Source: an uncultured Clostridia bacterium
GTDB taxonomy: Bacteria > Bacillota > Clostridia > TANB77 > CAG-465
Assembly: GCA_944386635.1 (NCBI GenBank)
Contig: CALXBV010000029.1
Location: 8,896-72,895, forward strand
Reading direction: 5' to 3'
DNA length: 64,000 nucleotides
Positions 28,866 through 39,252 of the stretch are shown here, piece after piece; within the stretch, counting starts at the first letter, position 1, and each line of letters opens with the position of its first letter. Position numbers and translations under genes: made by a program. The notes under the pieces are model-generated. The model did no database searches. It saw only the letters and a list, made by a program, of their open reading frames with translations, and was not told the DNA's origin.

Positions 28866-29191
28866 TAGAAATAGAAGATTTTCAGAAAGTAGATATGAGA
28901 GTTGGAACTGTGATAGAAGCTAGTATAAATAAAGGTGCTAGAAAAAGCGCTTACAAATTAAAAATAGACTTTGGAGAAGAAATTGGAGTAAAAATGTCAT
29001 CGGCTCAGATAACGGATTTATATACATCAGATGAATTAATTGGAAAACAGATTATAGCTGTTATGAATTTTAAACCAATAAGAATATCTGAAGTAAAAAG
29101 TGAAGTATTAGTTTTAGGTGTAGATTCTGATGATGGTGTTATACTATTGGAGCCAAATAAAAAAGCTAAAAATGGAAATAGAATATATTAA
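28862..29191 (+). CDS. csaA: tRNA-binding domain protein (CsaA / EMAP-like)
   Basis: FQKVDMRVGTVIEA...KLKIDFGEE... is the Myf/tRNA-binding OB-fold signature; overlaps the nnr stop. Confidence 0.7.
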   Translation: MIEIEDFQKVDMRVGTVIEASINKGARKSAYKLKIDFGEEIGVKMSSAQITDLYTSDELIGKQIIAVMNFKPIRISEVKSEVLVLGVDSDDGVILLEPNKKAKNGNRIY

Positions 29192-29388
29192 TTATATTAT
29201 ATAAAAAATTAAATAGTAAATTAATAGACGCAAATATTAATTTAAATTAATATATATTTCAAGGTCATTAATAGCTGAATAAACTAATAATATTTGCATT
29301 TTTTCTATTTTAATGATATTATAAGAGCGAAAAAATAAAAAGAATATTGAAAAATAAATAGATTTGGTGAATAAATATTGAGAAAGGA

Positions 29389-30264
29389 ATGATTAAAAGT
29401 ATGAAGATATTAATAACAGGAGCAAATGGCATGCTCGCAAAGTCTGTAATAGGAAAATTAAAAAAATATAATGAATTAATATGTACAGATGTGTCAGAGC
29501 TAGATATTACAGACAGAGAAGAAGTTTTGAAAACAGTAGAAGAAGTGAAACCTGAGTATATAGTAAATTGTGCTGCATATACTGCTGTGGATAAAGCAGA
29601 AGATAACTTTGAAATAGCTGAAAAAATAAATGCAGATGGACCAGGAAATTTAGCATATGCTGCAAATAAAATAGGTGCAACCCTAGTGCATATTAGTACA
29701 GATTATGTGTTTGATGGAGAGCTAGATGTCTCAAAATCTTATGTAGAAACAGATAATGTTGGTCCTGTAACAGTATATGGAAAAACAAAATTGCATGGCG
29801 AAGAGCAAGTAATGCAAAACACAGATAAATATTATATATTTAGAACAGCTTGGCTTTACGGTGATGGAAATAATTTTGTAAGAACAATGCTTAAGTTAGG
29901 AAAAGAAAAGGAGGAACTAAATGTTGTATCAGATCAGCATGGAAGTCCTACATATGCAGAAGATTTAGCAAATATAATAAAAGAAGCAATTGAAAAGAAA
30001 ATACCATTTGGTATTTATCATACAACAAATCAGAAATTTACAACATGGTATGATTTTACAAAAAAAATATTTGAACTTGCAAATATAGATTGTAAAGTAA
30101 ATCCAGTTTCAACAGAAAGATATATTGAAATAATGAAAATAAAGCAAGCTAAAAGACCTAAGAATTCACAATTATGTAAAAATAAAATATTGGCACAGGG
30201 AATTAATATCCCTGATTGGGAAGATGCCTTAAAAAGATATTTAGAAATTGAATTAAATAAATAG
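29389..30264 (+). CDS. rfbD: dTDP-4-dehydrorhamnose reductase
   Basis: MKILITGANGMLAK Rossmann motif, YGKTK, length about 290 aa; first gene of the rml operon. Confidence 0.85.
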   Translation: MIKSMKILITGANGMLAKSVIGKLKKYNELICTDVSELDITDREEVLKTVEEVKPEYIVNCAAYTAVDKAEDNFEIAEKINADGPGNLAYAANKIGATLVHISTDYVFDGELDVSKSYVETDNVGPVTVYGKTKLHGEEQVMQNTDKYYIFRTAWLYGDGNNFVRTMLKLGKEKEELNVVSDQHGSPTYAEDLANIIKEAIEKKIPFGIYHTTNQKFTTWYDFTKKIFELANIDCKVNPVSTERYIEIMKIKQAKRPKNSQLCKNKILAQGINIPDWEDALKRYLEIELNK

Positions 30265-30320
30265 TTTCAAAAATTATTATATTGATAAAATTATAATATG
30301 AAAAGAAAGGAGATTTAATA

Positions 30321-31211
30321 ATGACAAAAAGAAAAGGTATAATATTGGCAGGCGGAAGTGCAACAAGGCTATACCCTCTGACACTTGCAATATCTAAACA
30401 AATAATGCCAGTATATGATAAGCCGATGATATATTATCCATTATCCGTATTGATGGAGGCAGAAATAAGGGAAGTATTAATTATATCAACTCCTAGAGAT
30501 GTGATTACTTTTAAGTCTTTACTTGGCGACGGATCTCAATGGGGAATGCATTTTGAATATAAAATACAACAAAAGCCTAATGGTTTAGCAGAGGCTTTTA
30601 TAATAGGTGAGGATTTTATAGGAAATGATAACGTTGTTATGATTTTAGGAGATAATATGTTTTATGGATCACATTTATCAGAAATTTTAAAAAAGGCAAG
30701 TGAAAGAGATAATGAATCAACTATTTTTGGATATTATGTAAAAGATCCTAGAGCCTATGGAGTTGTAGAAATAGATAAAGATGGAAATGCAATATCAATT
30801 GAAGAAAAACCAGAAAATCCAAAGTCAAATTATGCTGTTCCAGGATTATATTTTTATACAAATGATGTGGTTGAAATTGCAAAAAATGTAAAACCATCAG
30901 CCAGAGGAGAATTAGAAATAACAAGTATAAATGATGAATATATGAAAATGGGAAAGCTTAAAGTAGAAAAATTAGGCAGGGGAATGACGTGGTTTGATAC
31001 AGGTACACATGATGCTTTACTAGAAACAGCAAGTTTTGTTCAGACAATTGAGAAAAGACAGGGTATGCAAGTATGTTGTCCAGAGGAGATAGCATATAAA
31101 AAGGGTTGGATAACAAAAGGTGAATTGTTAGAGTTATCTGAAAAATATATGAAAACAGAGTATGGTAGATACTTAAGAGACTTGGCTGAAAATAAATTTG
31201 GCGATGAATAA
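30321..31211 (+). CDS. rfbA: Glucose-1-phosphate thymidylyltransferase
   Basis: [17 protein letters not shown] signature. Confidence 0.92.
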   Translation: MTKRKGIILAGGSATRLYPLTLAISKQIMPVYDKPMIYYPLSVLMEAEIREVLIISTPRDVITFKSLLGDGSQWGMHFEYKIQQKPNGLAEAFIIGEDFIGNDNVVMILGDNMFYGSHLSEILKKASERDNESTIFGYYVKDPRAYGVVEIDKDGNAISIEEKPENPKSNYAVPGLYFYTNDVVEIAKNVKPSARGELEITSINDEYMKMGKLKVEKLGRGMTWFDTGTHDALLETASFVQTIEKRQGMQVCCPEEIAYKKGWITKGELLELSEKYMKTEYGRYLRDLAENKFGDE

Positions 31212-31265
31212 TAAGTAAAGTTATAGTATGAATAAATATAATATTATTTTTTAAAGGAGATTATA

Positions 31266-31847
31266 ATGGGAAATTTTAAGAAAATTGAAACAAAAATAGA
31301 AGGAGTATATATTATTGAACCAACAGTATATGGGGATAATAGAGGATACTTTATGGAAACATATAGTGATAAAGAATTTGCAGAAATAGGACTAAATTAC
31401 CATTTTGTACAAGATAATCAATCAAAGTCAAGAAAGGGAGTCCTAAGAGGATTGCATTTTCAAAAAGAAAATACACAAGCTAAACTAGTTAGATGCATTA
31501 AAGGTGAAGTATTTGATGTAGCTGTAGACTTAAGACCAAATAGCCAAACATATGGTAAATGGGAAGGCGTTATACTTTCAGAAGATAATAAAAAAATGTT
31601 TATGATTCCAAGAGGATTTGCACATGGATTTTTAGTATTGTCAGATGAGGCAGAGTTCACTTATAAATGTGATGATATATATAATCCTCAGGCAGAAGGT
31701 GGCTTAGCTTGGAATGATAAAGATGTAAATATAAAATGGCCATTAGGAGATATGACAGTTGACGATTTATTGACATCAGAAAAAGACTCAAAATGGCCTA
31801 CCTTAGATGAGTTAAAGAAAACAGATTTATTCAAGAATTTAACTTAA
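31266..31847 (+). CDS. rfbC: dTDP-4-dehydrorhamnose 3,5-epimerase
   Basis: RmlC cupin motifs DNRGYFMETY, LRGLHFQ. Confidence 0.9.
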   Translation: MGNFKKIETKIEGVYIIEPTVYGDNRGYFMETYSDKEFAEIGLNYHFVQDNQSKSRKGVLRGLHFQKENTQAKLVRCIKGEVFDVAVDLRPNSQTYGKWEGVILSEDNKKMFMIPRGFAHGFLVLSDEAEFTYKCDDIYNPQAEGGLAWNDKDVNIKWPLGDMTVDDLLTSEKDSKWPTLDELKKTDLFKNLT

Positions 31848-31875
31848 CTTAAATTAAATTAAAGGAGAAACAAAA

Positions 31876-32844
31876 ATGAAAAATAATATATTAGTAACAG
31901 GTGCGGCGGGATTTATAGGATCAAATTTTGTTGAATATTTTGTAAATAAATATCCTAATTATAATATTATAGTATTAGATAAACTAACATATGCTGGCAA
32001 TTTAAATAATTTAAAAAAAGTTATGGACAAAATAACCTTTGTTAAAGGAGATATATGTGATTTTGATTTCGTATTGGATTTATTTAAAAAATATGAAATA
32101 AATGGCGTTATTCATTTTGCAGCTGAATCACATGTAGATAATAGTATAAAAAATCCATTTATATTTACATATACAAATGTAATGGGAACACACACATTAT
32201 TAGAAGCTGCCAAGAGAGTGTGGGGAGAAGGTAGTACTAATAAATTTGTTCATATTTCAACTGATGAGGTATATGGATCATTAAAAGAAGATGGTTACTT
32301 TTCAGAGACTTCGCCAATAAAGCCAAGTAGCCCTTATTCGGCATCGAAAGCAAGTTCTGATTTAATAGCTTTTGCATATAAGGAAACTTTTAAAATGAAT
32401 GTGAACGTAACAAATTGTTCTAATAATTATGGCCCATACCAACATAATGAAAAATTAATACCACATATGATTAAATTAGCATTAAATGATCAAAAGTTAC
32501 CTATTTATGGTACTGGCGAAAATATTAGAGATTGGCTATATGTAGAAGATCATTGTGAAGCAATAGATTTAGTATTTCATAAAGGTATATCAGGAGAGAG
32601 ATATAATATTGGAGGACATAATGAAAGAAGAAATATAGATATAGTAAAATTGATATTAAAAAGATTAAATAAACCTGAATCTTTGATAGAATTTGTCGAG
32701 GATAGAAAAGGTCATGATTATAGATATGCAATAGATCCAACAAAAATAAAAAATGAATTAGGATGGTATCCAAAGACAAAGTTTGAAGATGGAATTATAA
32801 AAACTATTGATTGGTATTTAGCAAATCCAGAATGGCTAAAATAA
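31876..32844 (+). CDS. rfbB: dTDP-glucose 4,6-dehydratase
   Basis: VTGAAGFIGSNF, YSASKASSD catalytic YxxxK. Confidence 0.9.
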   Translation: MKNNILVTGAAGFIGSNFVEYFVNKYPNYNIIVLDKLTYAGNLNNLKKVMDKITFVKGDICDFDFVLDLFKKYEINGVIHFAAESHVDNSIKNPFIFTYTNVMGTHTLLEAAKRVWGEGSTNKFVHISTDEVYGSLKEDGYFSETSPIKPSSPYSASKASSDLIAFAYKETFKMNVNVTNCSNNYGPYQHNEKLIPHMIKLALNDQKLPIYGTGENIRDWLYVEDHCEAIDLVFHKGISGERYNIGGHNERRNIDIVKLILKRLNKPESLIEFVEDRKGHDYRYAIDPTKIKNELGWYPKTKFEDGIIKTIDWYLANPEWLK

Positions 32845-32858
32845 GGATGTATAAATTA

Positions 32859-32890
32859 GAAACTGGTAAGATATTAATCTTACCAGTTTT
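32859..32890. terminator. Bidirectional terminator between rfbB (+) and the merR-family gene (-)
   Basis: Stem GAAACTGGTAAGA / TCTTACCAGTTT with a 6-nt loop, flanked by T-runs. Confidence 0.7.
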
Positions 32891-33272
32891 TCGGATTTGT
32901 AGGATCTTTAATTTCTTTGAATATAACTTTATCATAAATTTTACTTTTTTGATCTAAATAATTAGAACATTCTTGAAGTTTTGCTATTTTTTTATCTATG
33001 ATATTTTTTTGCTCTAATATTATATTTTTTCTTTGTTTTACAGTAGAGTCTCCAATTAGACATAAATCTACATATTCTTTTATGGACTTTATAGACATAC
33101 CACAGTTTCTAAGATATATAACACCTTGCAGCCAGTTTAAGGAATTTTCATCGAATATACGATTATTATTTTTATCTCTTTTAAGTTCTGGTATTAAATT
33201 TTGATCTGAATAGTATCTAATAGTATGTTCAGATATATTAAATTTATTAGCAACTTCTTTTACTGTTAACAT
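32880..33272 (-). CDS. MerR family transcriptional regulator
   Basis: MLTVKEVANKFNISEHTIRYYSDQNLI HTH; divergent from an MerR-type promoter. Confidence 0.85.
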   Translation of the reverse strand: MLTVKEVANKFNISEHTIRYYSDQNLIPELKRDKNNNRIFDENSLNWLQGVIYLRNCGMSIKSIKEYVDLCLIGDSTVKQRKNIILEQKNIIDKKIAKLQECSNYLDQKSKIYDKVIFKEIKDPTNPKNW

Positions 33273-33310
33273 ATAAAAATCTCTTTTTTTGAAAAATAAG
33301 ATATAAAGTA

Positions 33311-33341
33311 TTGACTTAGAGTAACTCTAACATGATATAAA
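33311..33341 (+). promoter_or_regulatory. MerR-type promoter with 19-bp spacer and operator dyad driving the aldo/keto reductase
   Basis: -35 TTGACT (33311-33316); 19-nt spacer containing the palindrome TAGAGTAACTCTA (33317-33329); -10 TATAAA (33336-33341). Confidence 0.65.
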
Positions 33342-33385
33342 TATATCATATTGAGTTATTAAAATCAATAGAGGAGGAACAAAAT

Positions 33386-34237
33386 ATGAAAGAAGTAGTT
33401 TTAAATAATGGTGTAAAGATGCCAATTTTAGGATTTGGAGTGTATCAAGTTCCAGATCTAGATGAATGTGAAAGGGTAGTATCCGAAGCAATTGATGTTG
33501 GATATCGTTTAATTGATACTGCTCAAGCATATGGAAATGAAGAGGCAGTAGGAAATGCAATAAAAAAATCTGGTATTCCAAGAGAAGAATTCTTTGTAAC
33601 ATCAAAAGTATGGATTTCAAATGCCGGAGAGGAAAAGGCATATCAGTCAATTCTTGATTCTTTAAAAAAATTGCAAATGGACTATATTGATTTAATGTTA
33701 ATTCATCAGCCATTTGGAGATTATTATGGAACATATAGAGCAATGGAAAGAGCATATAAAGAAGGAAAATTAAAAGCAATAGGTGTATCTAATTTTTATC
33801 CGGATAGATTCATAGATATTGCAAATTTTGTAGAAATACCACCAATGGTAAATCAAGTAGAAACTCATGTTTTTCAACAGCAAAGAAAAGCACATGAAGT
33901 AATGAAACAATATAATTGTATTCATGAGTCATGGGGACCTTTTGCTGAGGGAAGAAAAGATTTCTTTAATAATAAAACATTAGTAGAAATAGGTAAAAAA
34001 TATAATAAAACAGCTGCACAAGTTGCGTTAAGATTTTTAATACAATCTGATGTAGTAGTTATTCCAAAAACAGTACATAAAGAGAGAATGGTACAAAATT
34101 TTGATGTTTTTGATTTTGAACTATCTAATGAAGATATGGATAAGATTTTAAAATTAGATGAACAAAGTAGTTTATTCTTCTCACACTATGATCCAGAAAC
34201 AGTAGAACAATTTATGGTATGGGGTGGAAGAAAATAG
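33386..34237 (+). CDS. Aldo/keto reductase
   Basis: AKR motifs GYRLIDTAQAYGNE, IHQP, and the catalytic tetrad context. Confidence 0.88.
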   Translation: MKEVVLNNGVKMPILGFGVYQVPDLDECERVVSEAIDVGYRLIDTAQAYGNEEAVGNAIKKSGIPREEFFVTSKVWISNAGEEKAYQSILDSLKKLQMDYIDLMLIHQPFGDYYGTYRAMERAYKEGKLKAIGVSNFYPDRFIDIANFVEIPPMVNQVETHVFQQQRKAHEVMKQYNCIHESWGPFAEGRKDFFNNKTLVEIGKKYNKTAAQVALRFLIQSDVVVIPKTVHKERMVQNFDVFDFELSNEDMDKILKLDEQSSLFFSHYDPETVEQFMVWGGRK

Positions 34238-34262
34238 AAGTAATAAGTTTAAGGAGAAATAA

Positions 34263-35147
34263 ATGCTATTTAAACAGATGCAATATTTTATATCGATTAT
34301 AAAAAATAATAGCTTTACAGAAGCTGCAGAAGAAAATTACATATCACAGTCTGCAATTTCTCAGGCTATAAAATCATTAGAGGATGAGCTTGGAGTAAAA
34401 CTGTTTCAAAGGAAAAATAGAGGTTTTACATTAACTAGTGCCGGAGAATATTTTTATAAACAAAGTTTAATAATAGTAGATGAAATAGATAGAATAAAAC
34501 AGTCTATTGTAAGAATATCTACACAAAAAAATGATGTATTAAGAATCGGATATATTATTAGTTATTGTGGTTTTGAGATTCGTAATGCAATCGTGAAATT
34601 TTCAGAAATATATCCTGATATAGATATTGAAATACATACAGGCAATCATGAAGAATTATATGAGTTAATTAGAAATGATAAAATTGATATAATTATAAAT
34701 GATCAAAGAAGAGCATTATCAGAAGAATATGTAAACTATTACTTATGTAGAAGTTCATGCTATATAGAAGTCTCAAATAAATCTCTAATTTCTAAGTTAA
34801 AAGAAGTAACATTTGAGGATTTAAAACAAATTCCTTGTATTGTTATTGCTTCTAAAAGTCAGCAAGAAATTGAGATAGAATATTATAAAAATACACTTGG
34901 CTTTAATGGAAATATTATATTTGCAGAAACTCTAGATGAGGCAAGAATGCTAGTTGCTGCAAATAAAGGATTTTTAATTTTAACAAGTCATCAAGTTTCA
35001 AAAGAAGTTATAGAAGGAATATCAAGAATATTACTAGTAAGGAATGGTGAGAGAGTAGAGATAAACTATTATGCTTTTTGGAATAAAATGACAACATGTA
35101 TATTAAAAGAAAAATTTGCATACATATTAGAAAAGGAATATAAATAA
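34263..35147 (+). CDS. LysR family transcriptional regulator
   Basis: HTH MQYFISIIKNNSFTEAAEENYISQSAISQAIKSLE. Confidence 0.8.
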   Translation: MLFKQMQYFISIIKNNSFTEAAEENYISQSAISQAIKSLEDELGVKLFQRKNRGFTLTSAGEYFYKQSLIIVDEIDRIKQSIVRISTQKNDVLRIGYIISYCGFEIRNAIVKFSEIYPDIDIEIHTGNHEELYELIRNDKIDIIINDQRRALSEEYVNYYLCRSSCYIEVSNKSLISKLKEVTFEDLKQIPCIVIASKSQQEIEIEYYKNTLGFNGNIIFAETLDEARMLVAANKGFLILTSHQVSKEVIEGISRILLVRNGERVEINYYAFWNKMTTCILKEKFAYILEKEYK

Positions 35148-35357
35148 TATTTAAGGAGTTACTAGTTATTAGTGACTCCTTTTCACATAAGTGTAACTTA
35201 TTTGACAAATAAGAAATTGGAATTGCTCTTTTAAAATAAAACATATATAATTTTAATAGGTAAAAAATAAAATTTTAAATATATTATGATAAAATACAAA
35301 AGCTAAAATTATAGTTATTTTTTGTATTTTTATATTTTATATTAGGAGGTAATTTAA

Positions 35358-36191
35358 TTGAAAAAGGATGTTGTTTTATGGACAGGAGCAGGTCAAATAG
35401 GAATGGCAATTGCAAGAAGAGTTGGATATGGAAAGAAAATAGTAGTAGGAGACAAAAATATAGAAAATGCAAATGCAATTGCAAAAATTATGAATGAGGC
35501 AGGATTTGATGGAGAAGCTATGGAATGTGATATTTCATCAAGAGAATCAATATTAAAATTAATTAAAAAAGGTCAAGAATATGGAGAGATTGCTATGCTT
35601 ATTAATAGTGCTGGAGTATCTCCTTCACAAGCTCCAATTGAGAGAATATTAAATGTTGATTTATATGGAACTGCAGTATTACTTGAAGAAGTTGGAAAAG
35701 TAATAAAAGAAGGAGGAACAGGTGTTACCATTTCATCTCAATCTGGACACAGAATGGAACAATTAGGTGCAAAAATTGATGAACAATTAGCTACTACCCC
35801 TACAGAAGAATTATTAAAATTAGATGTATTACAGCCAGAAAATATAAAAGATACATTACATGCATATCAACTTGCTAAAAGATGTAATGAAAAAAGAGTT
35901 ATGACAGAGTCTGTAAAGTGGGGAGAAAGAGGAGCAAGAATAAATTCAATATCACCAGGAATTATAGTAACTCCACTTGCTATTGATGAGTTTAATGGAA
36001 TAAGAGGAGATTTCTATAAGAATATGTTTGCTAAATGTCCAGCAGGAAGACCAGGTACAGCTGATGAAGTGGCAAATGTAGCTGAGCTTTTAATGACAGA
36101 TAAGGGAGCATTTATAACAGGTTCAGATTTTCTAATTGATGGTGGAGCAACAGCATCGTACTTTTATGGACCATTAAATCCAAATAATTAA
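35358..36191 (+). CDS. SDR family oxidoreductase
   Basis: TTG start; GAGQIGMAIA Rossmann motif, YxxxK (YQLAK). Confidence 0.75.
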   Translation: MKKDVVLWTGAGQIGMAIARRVGYGKKIVVGDKNIENANAIAKIMNEAGFDGEAMECDISSRESILKLIKKGQEYGEIAMLINSAGVSPSQAPIERILNVDLYGTAVLLEEVGKVIKEGGTGVTISSQSGHRMEQLGAKIDEQLATTPTEELLKLDVLQPENIKDTLHAYQLAKRCNEKRVMTESVKWGERGARINSISPGIIVTPLAIDEFNGIRGDFYKNMFAKCPAGRPGTADEVANVAELLMTDKGAFITGSDFLIDGGATASYFYGPLNPNN

Positions 36192-36221
36192 TAGTTTGAG
36201 TAAAAAAGGAGTAAGATTATT

Positions 36222-36557
36222 TTGGCAAGAAGATTTAAATTTACTATAGACGGCAAAGTTTATCATGCTAATATGGTAGATTGTCCGTTAGTTGAAAAAA
36301 TTGCAAAAATGTGTCCCTTTGAAGCAAATTACAAAAGATATACAGAACATGAATATTATACAAATTTACCTAAAAAAGTATCACAAGAAGGTTGTAAATT
36401 AACAACAATGGCATATAAAAATAAAATATATTATTTTGAGGGCTGGAATGCGTTTACAATTCTTTTTGGTGATTGCAATACTTAACCATTTGAAGTAGTT
36501 CATTAATTAAAAGATGCTGGAAAAACAGTTCATGTATTATGTGAGATAGAAGAATAA
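36222..36557 (+). pseudogene. Cyclophilin-like fold gene interrupted by two in-frame TAA codons (paralogue of the 19776 gene's domain)
   Basis: Single frame reads ...YYFEGWNAFTILFGDCNT*PFEVVH*LKDAGKTVHVLCEIEE*; aligns with the 19776 C-terminus (GNIDCDFEVTIERVD). Stops at 36483 and 36504. Confidence 0.55.
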
Positions 36558-36580
36558 ATTTAATGTAAGGAGGAAGAAAT

Positions 36581-37111
36581 ATGTCATTATTTGGAAATAA
36601 AGAAAGTGTAAAAGGAAAGAAAAGTCTAGTTATATATTTTTCAAGAGCGGATGAAAATTATGCTGTTGGAAATATAGATAAAGGAAATACGGAAGTTATC
36701 GCTGAATATATACAAGAATTAACAGGCGCTGATTTGTTTAAAGTAGAGCCATTAAAACCATATTCACCAAGTTATAAAGTTTGTTGTGATGAAGCTTTGG
36801 AAGAAAAAAGACAGAATGCAAGACCAGAGTTAAAGAGATATTTGGAGGATATATCAGATTATGAAGTTATATATATAGGTTCTCCTATATATTGGGGAAC
36901 AATGCCAATGTGTATGTTTACTCAACTTGAAAAATTAGATTTTACAGGAAAAATGGTAAAAGTATTTACTACACATGAAGGCTCAGGTCTTGGAAGTGTG
37001 GTAACAGATGTTAGAAAAATATGCAAAGGGGCTAATGTTTTAGATAGTCTAGCTATTCAAGGAAGTTTAGTTTACCGATCAAAAGGAAAGGTAGAGGATT
37101 GGATTAATTAA
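36581..37111 (+). CDS. Flavodoxin
   Basis: LVIYFSRADENYAVGN..., GSPIYWGTMP flavodoxin motifs; strong RBS. Confidence 0.75.
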   Translation: MSLFGNKESVKGKKSLVIYFSRADENYAVGNIDKGNTEVIAEYIQELTGADLFKVEPLKPYSPSYKVCCDEALEEKRQNARPELKRYLEDISDYEVIYIGSPIYWGTMPMCMFTQLEKLDFTGKMVKVFTTHEGSGLGSVVTDVRKICKGANVLDSLAIQGSLVYRSKGKVEDWIN

Positions 37112-37164
37112 TATAAAATAATGTGATATAATGCTAATTAAAACAGAAAAAGGAGGAATCTAAT

Positions 37165-37905
37165 ATGAAAAAGCAAACAGCAGGTAGAGATAGTTTAGGA
37201 GAATTTGCACCTAAATTTGCTGAACTAAATGATGATGTGTTATTTGGAGAGGTATGGAGTAGAGAAGATAAATTATCTTTAAGAGATAGATCTCTTGTGA
37301 CTATATGTGTTTTTATGGGAAAAGGTTTATTTGATAATTCATTAAAACATCATTTAATTAATGCTAAAAATAATGGTATTACAAAAGAAGAGATGGCGGA
37401 AATTATTACTCATGCAGCTTTTTATGCGGGATGGCCAAATGCATGGGCTGTATTTAATATGGCAAAAGAAGTATATGCAGATGATGATACAAAACAAGAA
37501 CATGGAGGAATGTTTGGACTTGGTGAACCAAATACAGCATATGCAAAATATTTTATAGGAAATTCTTATCTAAAACCTTTAACAAAGCCAGGAGAATCAG
37601 TTGTATCTCTTGCAAATGTAACATTTGAGCCAGGATGTAGAAATAATTGGCATATTCATCATTCAACAAAAGGTGGCGGACAAATCCTTATTTGTGTTGA
37701 TGGAGAAGGTTGGTATCAAGAAGAGGGTAAAGAGGCTCAAAGTCTAAAGCCAGGAGATGTAGTTGTAATACCAGCTAATGTAAAACATTGGCATGGAGCG
37801 AAAAAAGATTCTTGGTTTTCTCATATAGCAGTAGAAGTTCCTGGTGAAGAAACATCAAATGAATGGTGTGAACAAGTAACAGATGAAGAGTATGAAAAAT
37901 TATAA
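37165..37905 (+). CDS. CMD (carboxymuconolactone decarboxylase)-cupin fusion protein
   Basis: N-terminal half is CMD-like (LSLRDRSLVTICVFMGKG...). C-terminal half is about 80% identical to the stand-alone cupin at 18103 (NWHIHHS, PANVKHWHGAKKDSWFSHIA). Confidence 0.75.
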   Translation: MKKQTAGRDSLGEFAPKFAELNDDVLFGEVWSREDKLSLRDRSLVTICVFMGKGLFDNSLKHHLINAKNNGITKEEMAEIITHAAFYAGWPNAWAVFNMAKEVYADDDTKQEHGGMFGLGEPNTAYAKYFIGNSYLKPLTKPGESVVSLANVTFEPGCRNNWHIHHSTKGGGQILICVDGEGWYQEEGKEAQSLKPGDVVVIPANVKHWHGAKKDSWFSHIAVEVPGEETSNEWCEQVTDEEYEKL

Positions 37906-37930
37906 TTGAATAAAAAAGGAAGTGAAAATA

Positions 37931-38422
37931 TTGGAAAATAACAATAAATTAATTGTATATTACACGTATACTGGTCATACAAAAATTATAGCTGAATATA
38001 TACAAAAAAAATTAAATTGTGACATTTTAGAATTAAAGCCAGTTATTCCTTATTCAACAGATTATCAGAAAGTTGTTGATGAAGAGCAAAATAATTCAAG
38101 TAGTAATGAAACACTAGAACTTAAAAAAATAAATGTGGATTTATCAAAATATGAGGAGATTATTATTGGAAGTCCTGTATGGTGGTATACAATAACTCCA
38201 GTAATTAGAACATTCTTAAAAGAAAACGATTTGTCTAATAAAAAAATAATACCTTTTGCAACAAATGCTGGATGGCTTGGACATACATTTGAAGAAATTA
38301 AAAAGTTATGTCCAAATTCTAATGTAGAAAATGAAATGAATATTGTATTTACTACAAATTATGAAGAAAACAAACTTGTTACATCCAAAAAAGAAATAGA
38401 TAATTGGATTGAAAATATATAG
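37931..38422 (+). CDS. Flavodoxin (TTG start preferred over the GTG at 37922)
   Basis: LIVYYTYTGHTK, GSPVWWYTITP motifs. Confidence 0.7.
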   Translation: MENNNKLIVYYTYTGHTKIIAEYIQKKLNCDILELKPVIPYSTDYQKVVDEEQNNSSSNETLELKKINVDLSKYEEIIIGSPVWWYTITPVIRTFLKENDLSNKKIIPFATNAGWLGHTFEEIKKLCPNSNVENEMNIVFTTNYEENKLVTSKKEIDNWIENI

Positions 38423-38428
38423 ATACAA

Positions 38429-38495
38429 AGTAAGCAACTAAGGGTGAAGTGAACTAATTTATTTAACTTCAAAGTTGCTTGCTTTTTTATTTTTA
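38429..38495 (+). terminator. Intrinsic terminator after the flavodoxin gene
   Basis: Stem AAGCAACT ... AGTTGCTT followed by GCTTTTTTATTTTT. Confidence 0.6.
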
Positions 38496-38646
38496 TAATT
38501 TGAAATGTTTTTAATGTACTATATGTTATATAGTACATTTTGATATAAAAAGTAAAATGATAAAATTAATATATAAATATATTTAGAAATCTATTATTTT
38601 GTGATATACTATAGTATGTAATATTAAAGTTTAGGAGGAATATATT

Positions 38647-39213
38647 ATGAAAAAGAAAATTAAAACTACAGAGGCAATATTTCCAATGCCTGTACTTATG
38701 ATTGCAACATATAATGAGGATGGAACTATTGACGTAATGAATGCAGCATGGGGAACAATGCTTGAAAGAGATGAAATAATATTAAATTTAACAGAGACAC
38801 ATAAAACAGTAAAAAACATAAAAGAAAGAAAAGCTTTCACTGTTAGTATTGCTGATGCTAAACATGTAGTAGAAGCAGATTATTTAGGAATAGTATCTGG
38901 TAACAATACACCAAATAAATTTGAAAATACTAAACTCACTGCTACAAAATCTGAAATTGTTGATGCACCAATTATAAATGAATTTCCAATATGTATGGAG
39001 TGTGAATTTATAGAATATCAAGATGGTAAATATGGATGTGGCGTTATAGGAAAAATATTAAATGTATCAGCAAATGAAGAAGTAATTAAGGGAGATAATG
39101 TAGATATTTCTTTAGTAAATGCGATTGCTTTTGATCCATATACTCATGGATATTATAAAATTGGAGAAAGAGTTGGTAATGCATTTAGTGATGGAATTAA
39201 GTTAAAGAAATAA
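38647..39213 (+). CDS. Flavin reductase-like domain protein
   Basis: Paralogue-type of the 18535 gene (EAIFPMPVLMIATYNEDGTIDVMNAAW). Confidence 0.65.
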   Translation: MKKKIKTTEAIFPMPVLMIATYNEDGTIDVMNAAWGTMLERDEIILNLTETHKTVKNIKERKAFTVSIADAKHVVEADYLGIVSGNNTPNKFENTKLTATKSEIVDAPIINEFPICMECEFIEYQDGKYGCGVIGKILNVSANEEVIKGDNVDISLVNAIAFDPYTHGYYKIGERVGNAFSDGIKLKK

Positions 39214-39252
39214 TTATAACAAAAGATAAAATTAAATAAGAGGTGGATATAA

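Noticed and set aside
12242-36506. Possibility that TAA is reassigned (sense codon) in this organism, which would make the double-ochre ORFs intact
   Set aside because: Most well-supported genes in the window terminate precisely at TAA (uvrA, rarA, pflB, etc.) at the position expected from homologues, so TAA is a functional stop.
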